Assembly (NCBI GenBank): GCA_002633005.1
Contig: NMRA01000045.1
Location: 675,552 to 739,551, forward strand
DNA: 64,000 nt
Source: Phoronis australis
Taxonomy: Eukaryota; Animalia; Phoronida
Direction of reading: 5' to 3'
The notes beneath the pieces were generated by a model that worked only from the letters and a program-made list of their open reading frames with translations, did not search any database and had not been told where the DNA came from. Each line of letters begins with the position of its first letter. The stretch's first letter is position 1. This document shows positions 38,153-51,544 of this stretch, piece after piece. The position numbers and the translations under genes are program-made.

Positions 38153-39615
38153 GTAGGTTAAACACATTGCAAAGGTTCTGACCTGTCAATGAATTGTAAA
38201 TATTATCAGGACATATTTTAAAGACTATCAATGACATAATTTTACTCATTTCTTGCCTTTTTACATTTTTTACTCGGTTTTACTTGTCGTGGAACAAATC
38301 TCTTTACATTTGAAATATCAAAACCCTTAAAATTCAATTGATTAGCGAACTTATGAAACACATAAACGATCGATGTTTTGATGCCGTGCCACCTTTGAAA
38401 ATGTCACGTGAGCCACTGTTGTGGTTCCCACAATACCATGATGAAGTAGTTGTTTTGTCCAAAGAACAGACAACTTATCGCATGATCTGGCATGACATCC
38501 AGGTCAGAATCAATTAACAGACACTTTGTGTTTGCCAGTACAAGCATTAACAAAAAATGCCACAACATAATAGCACATTTTGGTTTTGGAATCTTAAAAT
38601 GGGACAGTTCTTGAGGTTCTGTGAAGGGCACATAATCTGAGATAGACAGTGGCCCTTGCCACCCGTGACATTCAAAATTGAAGTCTACACACCTGAAGAT
38701 CAAAGTTTTTGTTCCAAGGCTAGTTGTCGACTCAAAAATTTAATCAGCTCTTTCTAACGTACACATGTACTTGAGTAACTAAGTATGCAATTTGAGAATG
38801 GAAAAATAAACGTTGAAATATATCCACCAAAAATTCTATGACTGATCTGTCATATGACTATCGTTAAGATGCAAAAATAAAAAAACTAAGCAAAAAACTA
38901 CTACAACCTTTTGTTCTCAGTTCAAATTTGCAAGTCACATTGACAACATCCTGTCAAAAAACATCTGCGATGCCGTAGCCTAATGATTGGTTCACTGGCT
39001 AACTGCAACGTAAATTTCACAAGAAAAAAATATCTTGTGACTATTCCTGTTGTGTAGTCAATGATTAATTTTATATGAAATAGAAAGCCTAGAAATACTT
39101 CTATTTAATGCGGATTTTCATTATCGGGTGATTCGAGTTTGCTCCTTTGGCACTGAATATGTGCCATATATGGAAAAAATAGGTCAGCTACTAAGTATCA
39201 CGGGACCCTGCCATGCCTAGTGCAGAATTTGAACATTAAAAGTATGAGAAAAGAGGGTTCTTTTGAAAAATAAGTTTGTTACAGGCATGACATTTCGTAA
39301 GATATGGATTGAGACTGTGAGAGTTTGTGTTGATTTTTATAACGCAAATGTTTTCAATGCACTGCAGAAGATGCTAACAATATATACCACACTGGGATTT
39401 GAAATTGATCCATTTTTGGCATTTGAAAGCATGCGAGCAGTCTGCACTTCATTGAAAATTCTCAATAGTAGAGAATGAACACTTCCCCAAGCCGTGGACA
39501 ATTAATCCAAATTTTTTCAAAACTAGGGGTTAAGTGCTTTCATGAAGATGGGCGTTGACCCAAATGTTTATGGTATTCAATTTATTTTGTGGCATAATCG
39601 TTAAATATGTTTCAG

Positions 39616-39668
39616 GTCAAGAGCACTTTCAACTGGTTGTGACGCATGACCAAGAGACAGCCGTGTGA
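39616..39668 (+). CDS. DGKZ: DGK last coding exon with PDZ-binding ETAV
   Basis: ttcag|SQEHFQLVVTHDQETAV*; same terminal motif as DGKZ. Confidence 0.95.
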
Positions 39669-42600
39669 TTCGTCTAAGCTGCTCCTATGAAATTTATGGG
39701 TTTTTCCATGACGTCATTGAGAAAAAATTCTTATGTTTGGTTATTTCTATTTACTTTTATTTTTTGTTTCTTGATTAAGCTTTGTTACTTTCAGATAGTT
39801 ATGGTGATCCCGTTTTATGAATCATGATTTTAATCTTTGATTCTCAGCATGGCTAAATAGCATTGTTCAAAATTGTAATGTGATGCGCGATGGCATATGA
39901 ATAGTGTTTCATTGCCTCGCAAAGTGCATCGTCATGAGCTGAGTCATCCATCTTGGGTTCATTAGCTGAGATGATAATGTGTGCTTAATTGTGTCATCGT
40001 CTGTTAAGATTTTTTAAGAAAAACTTTTTGGAAACTTTGTTACAAAGTTCTACTTTGGGTAGAAGATGGAGTTTGAAACTGCGTTCCTCCTGGAGTGACT
40101 GTTTGAGAAAACAAAATCTAAGCAAGGAAAATGACCTGGAAAATTAATCTAGGCATTTTCCTTACCATGAGAATAATATGGCTGACCAGTTCAATTGCAA
40201 ATTTTCTTTCAATTGCAACATACTTCATTTGTCCTACTCAACTCATTATCGTGTTAGTGGCCTTACCATTTGAAAACTAGGTCAATTTTACTCTGCGTTT
40301 TTCTACCTCCACAACTGAGGAGAGTTGAATCCGGAATGTAGGAAGTGTCTATCAATTAATTGACATATCATATTCAAAACAAATTCCGTCTGCCATTTGG
40401 GTAGCAACAAGTTAGTGATTGTTGGCTTACGTAATGTAATCAGCTGACCTAGGCTTGGCATGATAACAGTTAGTTAATCACATGTAATAAACAGAACACT
40501 ATGGCCCATGGAAGCTAGCTTGCTCTAGCAGATGACTGGTTGTTATGGATGACCTTATAAGTTTATCACTGGGCTCTTCACAGCTCACCTGACTCAAGGA
40601 AGATAGCAGGGACATGTCGTGTTTAGGTGATGTTCCTCAATTTCCTGGTGGTTTGAAAGTTATTCTTTTAATGTTCTGTGTTTTAATTTTAGGCTTTCAT
40701 GCTTTTCACTGCTGTGAATGATTCGAGGAAACTGTGCTGAACTCTTGTGAGTCATCACCTAGGTGTTGCCAACCACTGCCAATTTTTTCATTAAAGTTTC
40801 CATCAATTGTGTTACTGACGTTACTCACCTTTGTTGACTGTAGGTGGTCTTCCTTAGAATTTTTACAGTAATCCTTCACTTATTTAGCACAAAATGTGGC
40901 CAACAAGTGAGAATCTATTTTTGTAAAATTTCTCCACCAAAATAAACATTAACAAAATTTTAATGTATTTCTAGCATGGCCTGTACTGTGTAGATGTCGT
41001 AAAACAACTTTGGGTGAGTTTTCCATTTTTTGCAGCGAAAATAGATAATTGACAATCTAATGGCAATTATTTTTGTGCAAACTAAACGAAGAATTACTGT
41101 AATGATGTGTTTGCAACTGAAACTTATCTTTGTTCTAAAAGTTATGCTGGTTTATGATTTTTGGAATACTTCTTGCTGGCATATTTTTCTTGCTGTCAAA
41201 TGGTGAACATTTTGATACGTTCATATCACATTTTGGTCTTGAATATCAAAACCAATTTTTCTTAACTAGTGATAAATGTGGCTAAGTTTTTCAAGCTCAA
41301 ACTATGTCACATCTGTGTTATGAGATACGATACAAGATTCATTTTTATAAATAGCTTGTCAGTATTTTCCACTTAATCTCTATGGTTGTAATCATGTTTT
41401 GTAAATATTTTTGAAGGTGGAATTGAACTCCTAGTGCAATGATCTTCATAATAAATTTATTGTAGTTATGTTCATTTACCGTTTAGTCTGTTTGCAAATA
41501 TGTTGTAGTCATGTTATTGTATTCAGATATATATCGTAGCATTAGTTATTTTCGTACTTGTTAATTTGTGTGGAATTAATCAAAACCCAAGTTGTGGTCA
41601 GTATGAAATGGAGTCTTAATCAATAACCCTTTTCAGTAAAATATTTAAAGTTATAAAACAGGGGCACCTTTCAAGACAGCTGACTTAGCCAAGACAAATC
41701 TTACATTTCAGCCAATTTTAAGATAAAACTTAAATTTGTCTTAAGGCCATTTCAAAAAGTAATATTGGGTCTGATTTGATTTTTTTACTAAGTTTTGCCT
41801 TTATTTTGACTAACTTACCTGATGTGGAAGTTTCAAAGTTTGGAGGTTCAGACAAAGAAGCATGGAACACGAAAACTCATCAAAAATATCTTTTAAACAA
41901 TTCCTGACGAAAGTACCATCTCGCAACCTCTAATACATAGTAATTCACTTTCTCCTGTGAGGAAATTTCCTGAACAGTCACAAAATTCACGATTTTTTGA
42001 AGTATGTGCTAAAAAACTTTGTGTTTGCCAGTTTCTCCCTCCCATTTATTATAAATGCGCTCAGTTGCTTGAAGTCGCTTGGGGTCAAAGGTCAAATTTT
42101 CCATGTGATGATAATGTGCTTTGTCTATATCTTGCCATACGAAATAAGGAGATGTACTTTGCCTTGGGGGAGAAAAGTACATGAAGTGACAGCAGTTGAC
42201 AGATGTTCTTTTTTTGAAATTTGAAACTAAAAGAAAATCCTTTGATATCAACAGATGAATTAAAAAACCTTTACCAGCAAACCCTAAAAATACCTGGTGA
42301 TCAGGTTGAATTCTGTTTCAGTGGCAGAGACCCACTTTCAATATTACAATTTAGTCTGTTAATCATGTTTTCCAGACATTTTAAATCAAACATGGACGTC
42401 AGTCAGTTTCTTGGAACATGCCCCTGCCTTCCGTCACCTAAGATAACTTTTAACTCAGGCCACTTGTTGTAATGAAATTGACCACAAATTGTTCCTTATT
42501 CAAAATAATTGTGATTTCTGGGCTCGGGAAGAGCTAGAACGGACTGGTCTGTCATTTTGTCCTGTGAGCATGGTCTGGAGCTATAAGGAACTGTAGTTCT

Positions 42601-43455
42601 TTGCAAGACCAAAAATGACTTCCCACCTGAATAAGGTACAGTGAGACCAATGTTATAGCAGTAAATAATCTTAATACCAATGTAAGTTTCTTTGATGGAA
42701 CACTGGTTTATTAGGACTTCAGCTTTAATTCAAATCTTACAAACTAATACAAGTGGACAATTTTGCAGTACTGGCCATATAACGACGTCCCTAACTACTA
42801 AACCCAAGAATCCTAATGTAGTCCATTTACTTCGAAAGCCAACTCTGACCTTTAGAGGACACTGCCTTGTCACGTGTTGACTGCCATTTCGTCTGATTGG
42901 TTTGTGTTCTTGCCAATGACGGATCTCTTACTTGCATGCACCCAGGCGGGAGGGGGGGACTCGGATGGAAAATGGTAAAAAAGATCCGCCTCAAAGCAAA
43001 AACTCCGAAAAAAGGAGACAAAAGTCCGCTAAAAATAGAGGAACTACCAAAATTCGGCGAAAGCACAGTTGATAGCTCTGAACGTACGCCCTGACTCTTA
43101 CTGAGTAAAAGGTCCACATTCTCAAAAATTCGTGCTCCATATTTTTAGGCTGGGTACGCCCATGCCTTAGTTTAACTGCCTTCAACACTTGGTGAGACTG
43201 AAAGCAAAGGTGTGACGTCAGATAGACTTCTCAAGTAGTGGTGTATTTCTTCTCTCACCAGAATAAGACTAACCTGGGTTTCTAGATCATGAAAGGCGGA
43301 AATTTGGTCTCTGCTAACACTTCACAACTACAAAATGCAGGATTAACCATGAGTAACTATTCGCTCATCGTAGCCGAAAATAATACTAATTAGCTCAATA
43401 GTTAACAGTTATGGACATGTATTCTGAGACCTTGTTGTTTTGCTGAAGGTCAGTT

Positions 43456-43566
43456 CACGGGCGTCCTCAGCTTCCTATCGTCCCCAATACACTACATATA
43501 ATACTACAAGTAGTATTATAATATATGTAGTGTATTGGGGACGATCAGAAGCTGAGAACGCCTGTG
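43456..43566. mobile_element. 111-bp fully palindromic MITE with 8-bp TSD, hAT-like
   Basis: ggtcagtt|cacgggcgtcctcagcttc..ccccaatacactacatata / tatatgtagtgtattgggg..gaagctgagaacgcctgtg|ggtcagtt. Confidence 0.88.
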
Positions 43567-43968
43567 GGTCAGTTTAGTTATTTTTTATAAATAGTTGTGT
43601 GGAGCGAAAGACTACATTTCTGACTGAAGTCTTAATAAGTCACTTTTCATGAGGGAGACCCTTGAAGTCTTAATAAGTCACTTTTCACGAGAGAGACCCC
43701 TGAAGTCGTAAGAATGTGTCATAGTAAGTAATTTTAGTGGCTGCTATGTGTCGCCAATATAATACCTGCTATGATATTCGGCCATCTTTTGGATCGGACA
43801 TGATTCCATGGAACTGGCTCAACCGGTGTTTTTGGATGAGGAGCGCTCGCGGTTGGCTGCTCTGTCTTTTGTATGTTTATAGTGTATGTGTATCTGGTTG
43901 TGTATGCACTAGGTCACTTTCATAGTGTGCATGGCAGTTCGTCATAATTGTATTATTGTTAATACTGA

Positions 43969-43974
43969 AATAAA
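43969..43974 (+). terminator. Candidate polyadenylation signal of DGK
   Basis: AATAAA followed by T/GT-rich sequence at the end of a UTR-like T-rich stretch. Other AATAAA hexamers lie at 40941 and 44025. Confidence 0.4.
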
Positions 43975-44062
43975 CTGTATTTCTGATACCATAATTTGTT
44001 TATTGTAACGACTCTAAAGCCCTGAATAAAACTAACCCCGCTCCTAGGACATATAAGTGATA

Positions 44063-44400
44063 GGTTTATTTCATGTAACAGGCCTCCGGCCCACATTACA
44101 ATATATAACACAGAGTACAATAATTTTTAAAGTCTAAATTAATTCATATAAAGGCACTCATTTCGGCGTTTCTCCGCATTAATTAAATATCTAGCAACTT
44201 TTCTCAGAACAGTTAAGTCACGAGTCTGTAGAAAATTTCTGAATACTATATCTTCCACCTTATCGTACTTTGGTAAAAACCGCACTTGTAAATCCGAATA
44301 TAAATTGCATTCGAGAAGAAAGTGGAATTGCGTTTCCACTTTCCCACTGTCAGTGTGGCGTAGTAAGAAGCATTTGGTCGGTGGTTGGGGGCATCATACC
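44063..44400 (-). mobile_element. 3' end of a non-LTR retrotransposon (LINE)
   Basis: VETQFHFLLECNLYSDL C-terminal zinc-finger remnant, then a ggccggaggcc stem-loop and AATAAA on the minus strand. Confidence 0.7.
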
Positions 44401-47345
44401 TCGACGAATGCCAGTGGTGATCCTCTGGGTAACAGCCGTAAGAGGGTGTTGGCCTCCCACCGGCGTGTGAAAATTTGGAACGTAGGTACTAAGAATGTAA
44501 TATGAAGTTTTTTTCTCTTGTCTACGGAATAATTTTACTAAACATATCCAAGAAGGTTGTCGTAATACTGTAAAATGTGTTGTTACCTTAGTTTTACCGC
44601 GGACGCACTTCTGTTATAGAAATTCATTGACCCGATTCATAGATTATATGACGGGTTTTACATATGTTAGCGGTTGCGCGCGGAGAAAAAGAAACGCCAT
44701 GCAGTCTTGTTAGTGGCATCTTCGGAAACAAATAAAAACGATGGTAAAATTTGTTGAAGCCATCTCAAAACAAACGAAAATTCTAAGCATGAATAACTCA
44801 TTTGTCATGCTGATATCAGAAATTACGGTCTTATTGATTGAGTTCTGTTTGTGGTACCCAGTTCAGCCTGTTCCGTTTTAGCCAGTTAAGGGCTTTGACT
44901 TTGTACCAGCTGATGGTAGGAAAAAACGTTTGAAAACGTCCAGATGATTGATCTGTAGGTTATTAATTGGCACCATTTTAAGGGTGTTCCTCAGTTTTAA
45001 TTTTTCGATGAAGTCTTTAAATCTTGAATTTTGTATTTGGCCTTTGCCTGCTACAAATCTGCAAAAAAGTGGGGGTCGCCCAATTAGTTTTTCCGTTAAA
45101 GGTGTGTGAACAGAGGAACTTTGGACAAAAGTGTGAAACTAACTTAGGTTACTGAAAAGCCATTTGTAATCAAACCAATGCTTGCAATCCTTCAGAAAAC
45201 AGTATCATTGAACAATGTTTTCTAATGGCTTTAGTCGTAATTCCTGGTTTATTTCAGGTACGTCCCATGAGCCATGAGACAAGAAAACGGCTTCAAATGT
45301 ATTCCCGACAAATTAGCCAGCATTGTCACCGCCGCATTGATTGACCTATCGCCAGGAGTTTGAGTGACGGCATAAATGAACATTTAGAACGCAGCATTAT
45401 TGACACACCTTCGTTTCCAAGCCGCCATTTTACCTGACAAACAGTACCCAATGGAGTTATCTTCATCTGAGAGGAGTCCTAAGATGTTCCGTATTTGTAA
45501 ACATACTATAGGGGATTGGTGTTTTTATTTAGTATTTTAATTAAGATTACTGTACTGGATGGTGTTAGGTTGAGAATTATGCTGAACTTGCAACAGTTGT
45601 CATGCTATTGGTTTGTAAAACATACTGCGTTTTTAGAGTATGACTGATGAGCACACGTTGCTATTAATATATTTAAAAACAATAGTTTGTACATTACACT
45701 GCACTGTGTTCATTAAAGGTATCTGTGCACATAGTGGACTTGCAACTCGGTTAAAATGCAATTAGTGGCTATGCTGTTTGACATCATAAACTCAGTTGTT
45801 TCGGAGATCATCTGATTGGTTTTTGACTACACTTACAGCAGGCTCCATGTTTCTCATTTTCTCATTTAAGCAGCAACTGTTGAATACCGCTGAACATGGG
45901 TTTGTCGAGTCCATTTAAAAGTTTATGCGTATGCGATGTGCAGCGTGATGAATCCTCAGGGTTTTTTATTAACCCTCATTTATGATAATGACAGCTGGTG
46001 AATGTAGGCGTAGAATATTTCCAAAATTTTGTCACTTGAACATTTGCTGTATGCGACACCAGCAAGTTTTTCGTACGTAGGAAAGTCCTTATAAGACAAA
46101 GGCTTGAAGAACCCTGAAATTCAGCTCGGTGCTTATAAAAACCGCGATGCATATAATGGAAGCCAGGGTTATAGTAGAAGCCAGAAGATCAGGTATCCTT
46201 AACTTAACAAAAGATCTTTGTCTTTTAATAATGATTTTCTGACGCTGCATGAATGTCTTTTGTTATTGACATAATATAAAAGGCATTTGTTTGAAGTTAC
46301 AGGTATTTATTTTTACTATAAATGTATGCGTGTTAGCTACAGCAATCGTGACATAGTACTGGAGCTATGTTGTCTGCGTGTGGTTGCGTAGTTGCTGTAT
46401 AGTGACGGATCAAGTTGAAAATTTCGGCGTTTTAGTCATAAAACAGTATAATAGCCTGCAAGGTAAGCGGTTTAGCAGTAATGTGTGCCTACAAGCCTCT
46501 CATTTGTGGTATTCATTTGCTTAATATTCGAACGTCTGTTTTTTGGCATTGCAACTTTTAAAGTTAAGGGATATTCACGGATTTTACGAGGGGTAAGAGA
46601 AATGTTAACCTATTTAATATTATGAAGAAGTAAACGTGATCAATTATTTGTGTTAAGAGTAAAATTAACAATGACTAGAATTATCACACGTCTCTTATAA
46701 AGCGGCTTGCGGAACAAGGATTTTTAGATAATAATGCACTGAACTCCAACTGTTTTTATGAGGGAGGTATAGGCACTTTTAAATAGCAGACTACTTTCTT
46801 AAGACGTAATTGCTAAAATGTATGTAAAGGTTGTCCTCCACAATCTCTGACTAATCGTACGGCTAGACTTTCATGGAAACAATTGTATTTTCCAAATGGC
46901 AATACTGGGGCTTAATTGCGCTTGTTTTATTGGGGCCACTTTTCAGGTCTCACAATAGTATAAATGAGCCTGTATTGACGGGCTTGATATCAATCGAAAA
47001 TTGGAGTGTCAGATCAGCAGATTCAAAAGAGTTTGTCGGATTGTGATTATTAAATGTTATTAATGACAAGTCACGTACAATACATACCAATCACCTAGGT
47101 GTTCGTGTCGTCTGGTGACACTGAAAATGCAAATTTATAATTCATGCAATCAAAACCAGGGTTGCAGGTTTTAGAAAAGGTGGTTAGAAAATTGACCCTA
47201 AACAAGAAATCGCGTTTTCGGGTTATGTTTTAAGGAAGTGTGAGAGAAGATCATATCAACCTTGTCTGATCGGGCTGCGAAAGACATGTTTATTATGAAA
47301 AAAAACGCATTTTTCTGTTTAAAAATAATGATTCAATGTCTAGCT

Positions 47346-47470
47346 GCAATTTTTGACACAAAAATGATGCCTATTGTCCAACATGGATCGGAGCTATGAT
47401 GGATCCATGAAGCAGAGGACGTGGAAAGATTGCATAACAAACATTGTTAATTTGTGTTGGCCTTCGATGT
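47346..47470 (+). mobile_element. LINE ORF2 fragment with stops
   Basis: IFDTKMMPIVQHGSEL*WIHEAEDVERLHNKHC*FVL, matching the LFD..PIL.YGSEIW..IERVH.KFCK pattern downstream of RT. Confidence 0.65.
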
Positions 47471-49233
47471 AGTAACAATAGCTGCAATTATGATACCAAT
47501 TGTATGAGAGTAAAAAGCCTTAATTCGATTTTCGTTTTTAGCCAGTTGAACAGGATGAAATGCTGCCTCAGACATATCATGGAACACCTTGTGGCAGGTA
47601 ATGATGAATCAATAATTATTCATTTCTATAACGACTCATCACCTTCACACCGCAATTTTTAATGCAAAACGTAATGAAACATTTATGAAAACACATTTGC
47701 CCAGCTGTCTATAAACCGGCCAATTAAACCGTTTTGAATGTAGATACATTTTTCAAAATTTCAGTACTCTTTCCTTCACATTCATCAATTTAGAACACAA
47801 AATGAGTTTCTTTAGTCGAAAGATATAACTATAATATAACATTTCGCCACTTTCAACCATATTCGTGTTTTCCATATTTTACTTTCAGTTTTTTTTTCGG
47901 AAAACTAGACAGGGGTTTTCGCGGAAACCTCATTACATATAGCGGCAGCTGACTAAGTACCCATAATGCACAAGTCGGCTGTCACCACCGCGACAATTGT
48001 TGGTGGTGCACCACCAAAAATAAAAATTAAACTAAACAATTCACATTATGTTCAGTTAAGTTTGAAAATATTTGAGTGATGTTGCATGAGCAGTATCTCG
48101 ACTAAACCAACTTGCTTTAAAATCCGTTTCATGGAGTTTTTACTAAGATGAAGCGAAAAAATGTCTCGGAATGTCTTCATGTAGATTTCGATCTGTGGGT
48201 CCGTGCATTATGAAGAAGTTGTTTCTATACAATCGTACCTAGCCAGTGCTAAAATTAAATTAACAAATGGTTCCTCATCTGCTTGTCCTAATAATTTTGT
48301 TCTTTAATTGAATAACCTGTCAGCGTTTGTAGATACTGCAGCTCCTTGGGTAGGCAACATGACATGCTGTTGTAGGGCAATGAGTAAATTTATTGCTAAT
48401 ACGTGCCTACAATGGGTCCGGAAAATGTACTCACATCTCAAATGACAATATCTGTCGTCTTTATTGACTTATGAACAAGATTAAGGGCAATAGAAAAAGT
48501 GTCTCTGATGAAGGCAGGGTAAGGTAATTCACTTACTAAGAGACTGCGTTCTTGCTGTTTGACACGTTTCAGATTGAGGACATGTTTGAGAACAAGGTGA
48601 TCAAGAAGGAATTAAGTCACTAAGCGAAAATGAATGCATTGTTTATTAATTAGGGAAGATATTTTGACTTCGCACTTTCTTGATGTTTTCGAGTTTCTGG
48701 TAGCGCTGTGCGATAATTTTTTTGTTCTGCAAAACACTGTTGCCATTCCCGTTAAAAAAGCACGCGACGTCTCACACACCCACTATACTTTTGAAGCAAA
48801 GTGTAACCATGCAGTATTGTCGTGAAAGCCGTAAATGACTGGTAAGTGTCAAAGGACATCTTTTCTTTCAGTTAAGGTTTACTGGGTATTACTTTCACGC
48901 CTCTCATGGCTAACTGCGACCTTTTGACCAATGAGTGGCTGGTGGCATTTCGGTTGTCCATCACCTCTTGTACCTTCAGGTTCATCCTGATAAGTAGCAC
49001 TTCCTGGTTTGAGGCTTGAAAAACCAGGTCTTGGCAGATCCAACAGTTGTTCCATTGGGCGTATAATGCACTAAAACGTCAGCAGGTTTACTTAAGTTTA
49101 TTGAAACTGATTACAAAGTCAAATTTCCATACTTTACGACGACCGCAAGTGCATAAAGCTGGCTATTTAAAAACGAACGAACATAAAATAATCATCAGTT
49201 TCCACCCCTAAGCAACCATTTGCATGTCATTAC

Positions 49234-50250
49234 TCATCATCATCATCGGGTGTCATCTCTTTTGAGGTCGACGTGAACTGGACCTCCATCTCTCTCTCGC
49301 CAGTCTGGTGCATTCTGTCATCGTTGACCTTGTCCATGTCTTGATGTCATCCCTCCACATTAATCGTTGTCCTCTTGCTCTTTTCCCTTCCACGTGACCG
49401 TATAGTATGTCTTTCTGTATGTTGTCGCGTCTTGCCGTGTACCAAAAAAGTTCAATTTACGACTTTGGATGGTAGATTAAAGAAATGGTTTGACACCTAG
49501 TTGTTTGCACACGTCTTCATTTGTCATTTTCTGCGTCCAGCTTATTTTTCCGATCCTTCTGAATATCCACATTTCAAACGCTTCGATCTTTCTTTCCAAT
49601 GTTTTATTGAGAGTCCATGTCTCACATCCGTACATAAGGATCGAATATATGTAGCAAGTTGTGAGTCGCAGTCTGAAAGTGATTTATATGTTTGTTGATG
49701 TTAATATCGTTTTCATTTTTATAAATCCCGATGTGGCCATTCTCTTATCTCTGTTTCACATTTTCCATCTGTTGTTATAGTTTTTCCAAGGTATTTGAAT
49801 CTATTTACTTGTTCTATTATTATTGAGGCCATTTCATTTCGTTGGAATAATAAGTTGTGAGGTCCCTGTCTCTTCCACGGTGGCCGGCCATTCGTCCTTA
49901 ATAGCCTGGACAATGCCCCCTGCGTACCACACGCCCTGTTGTACCTGCCTTGTAAACCGTTGACCTTCCATGAAGGCTCCTCCACTTTTCTCACCAGTCC
50001 AGACTTTGTGTACTTAGGCTAGGCATGCCCTGACCACAGATTAGGTCTTTAGGTTCACTAGCTCACATAGTTTAGCCGGTCAGTCAAAACCTTTGCCCAG
50101 GGTGTGGCCACTGCCGAACACAAGCAGTATTCGAGGAGCCATATGTGAGCTAGATGCTGGAGTGAGAACCAAATAGGATCCTGGCCAACCCAAAAGGGAA
50201 GTGACTGCCTCTAACCATGAGGTACTATCTCTTCTTCTGCATCCTACTAC
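49234..50250 (-). mobile_element. RTE-clade LINE remnant with (TGA)n tail
   Basis: Minus strand EQVNRFKYLGKTITTDGKCETEIR, LMYGCETW, IEAFEMWIFRR, QSRKLNFFG, EGKRARG..WRDDIK and a (tga)n tail at 49234-49247. The 5' boundary is approximate. Confidence 0.8.
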
Positions 50251-50399
50251 CTCGTTTCGAGCTGAGAAACAATAAATCTAGGCTGCCAAAACTCATCAGC
50301 TTATAGAAATTAGTTTAAAATCTAGTAGTCAGATTTTTTCACGAAACCTAAGTGTCTGAAGAGTATCTGAATTTTCTGCTAAATTTCAACTTCCCGTTT

Positions 50400-50740
50400 G
50401 CAAGCAGTAAAGGATCGAGGAAAGCCACGACTGAGCAAAAAGTGGGTCAAGGGTTCAACAATTGAGGCAGGAAAAGTCAGCCGTGGCTTAAAAACTATTG
50501 AGTGCCACTCTAGGGTCTGGACCTCACCATCAGGAACAGTTGTGTCGGTCCCGAATTACACAGCTACACTTGGATCTCGCGGTATTCACCCACAATGCTG
50601 CAACATCCTTTAAGCAGTTTCCCATGTTATATGTTGGTGCATTACCTTTTTCAAGTTTTCCTTTACTGCATTATCTGCATTCGCTCCACTATAGTGTGAT
50701 GTGGGCTGCAACTCCGACGGAAGAAAGTTGGGTACACCTT
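50400..50740 (+). repeat. Interspersed repeat with a second copy at ~63230-63660
   Basis: Shared tctcgcggtattcacccacaatgc and ccttttt-caa-ttttc blocks. Confidence 0.65.
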
Positions 50741-51123
50741 AGAAGTATTCGCGGATGCTATATTTCAGTCTCGTACAGCGGCCATGTTTACTTCGTCAAT
50801 AGATTTGTGGTCAGATCGTGGTAGACAGCAGGAACTTTGATTTCGCTCCTTTTGTGTAAAGCTGGGCAATTACCGCATTAGCGATGACTTCAGGACAATG
50901 AATAATGACTGAAATAGGTTAAACTATCCTGGACTAAAACCGAAGATTTTTAGATGAATTCCCGTGAACAGGTATGCTCTAATCGTTTTTTTTTGTTTGA
51001 CGAAATACGATAAATATTTGACAAAAACGATGCCATAGCTTCTGTTTTTTTAGCAAGGTACGTAACAGGGGAACATAATCAATTAATTTATGGCTGCATG
51101 TGAGATTGCGATAACGCTTCACA

Positions 51124-51544
51124 AGTGCCGTTTACACTTGAAAAGTTGACACGGGTCAGCTGACACGGAACGAGTTGTTCCAGTGTGTAAATGGGACTGA
51201 CACGGAGCAAAATAACACCGCGGTGACATATTTTGCCACCCGTTTGTGAAGTAGAGCAATTTGCGCCCGAACATCTTGTGCCGTGTCAATTATATGTCTA
51301 AACGCGAAACTGGGGCAAGGCGGAAAGGATCATTTACTGCGCTTGCCTAATGACCTACGTATGGGTTCTTTGTCTCTGCAACTCTCGTCATTTGTAAACC
51401 TACGCATGTGCGATCCAGTCTCTGCAGCCTGCAATTTCCGTCTTGCCACAGTTAGTGAGTTGTGTGTGTAAACGGCCGCTTGACACAGATCAATTTGCTC
51501 CGTGTCAGTTGCGCCGGGCCAAAAGTTGATGTCTAAACGGGACT
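51124..51544. mobile_element. PIF/Harbinger MITE with 3-bp TSD
   Basis: aca|agtgccgtttacac..tgacacgga / tccgtgtca..gtctaaacgggact|aca. Confidence 0.75.

Larger units (their letters stand above)
6..39668 (+). other. DGKZ: Type IV diacylglycerol kinase (DGKzeta/iota, rdgA family) gene, 5'-truncated by the window edge
   Basis: GT-AG exons join in phase into the DAGK catalytic and accessory domains, ankyrin repeats and terminal DQETAV*, colinear with vertebrate DGKZ/DGKI. An invertebrate gene would be co-orthologous to both. Confidence 0.95.

Noticed and set aside
38153-38181. Alternative DGK C-terminus by read-through (SRLNTLQRF*)
   Set aside because: A short open extension past a donor is expected by chance, and the conserved ETAV exon lies downstream.
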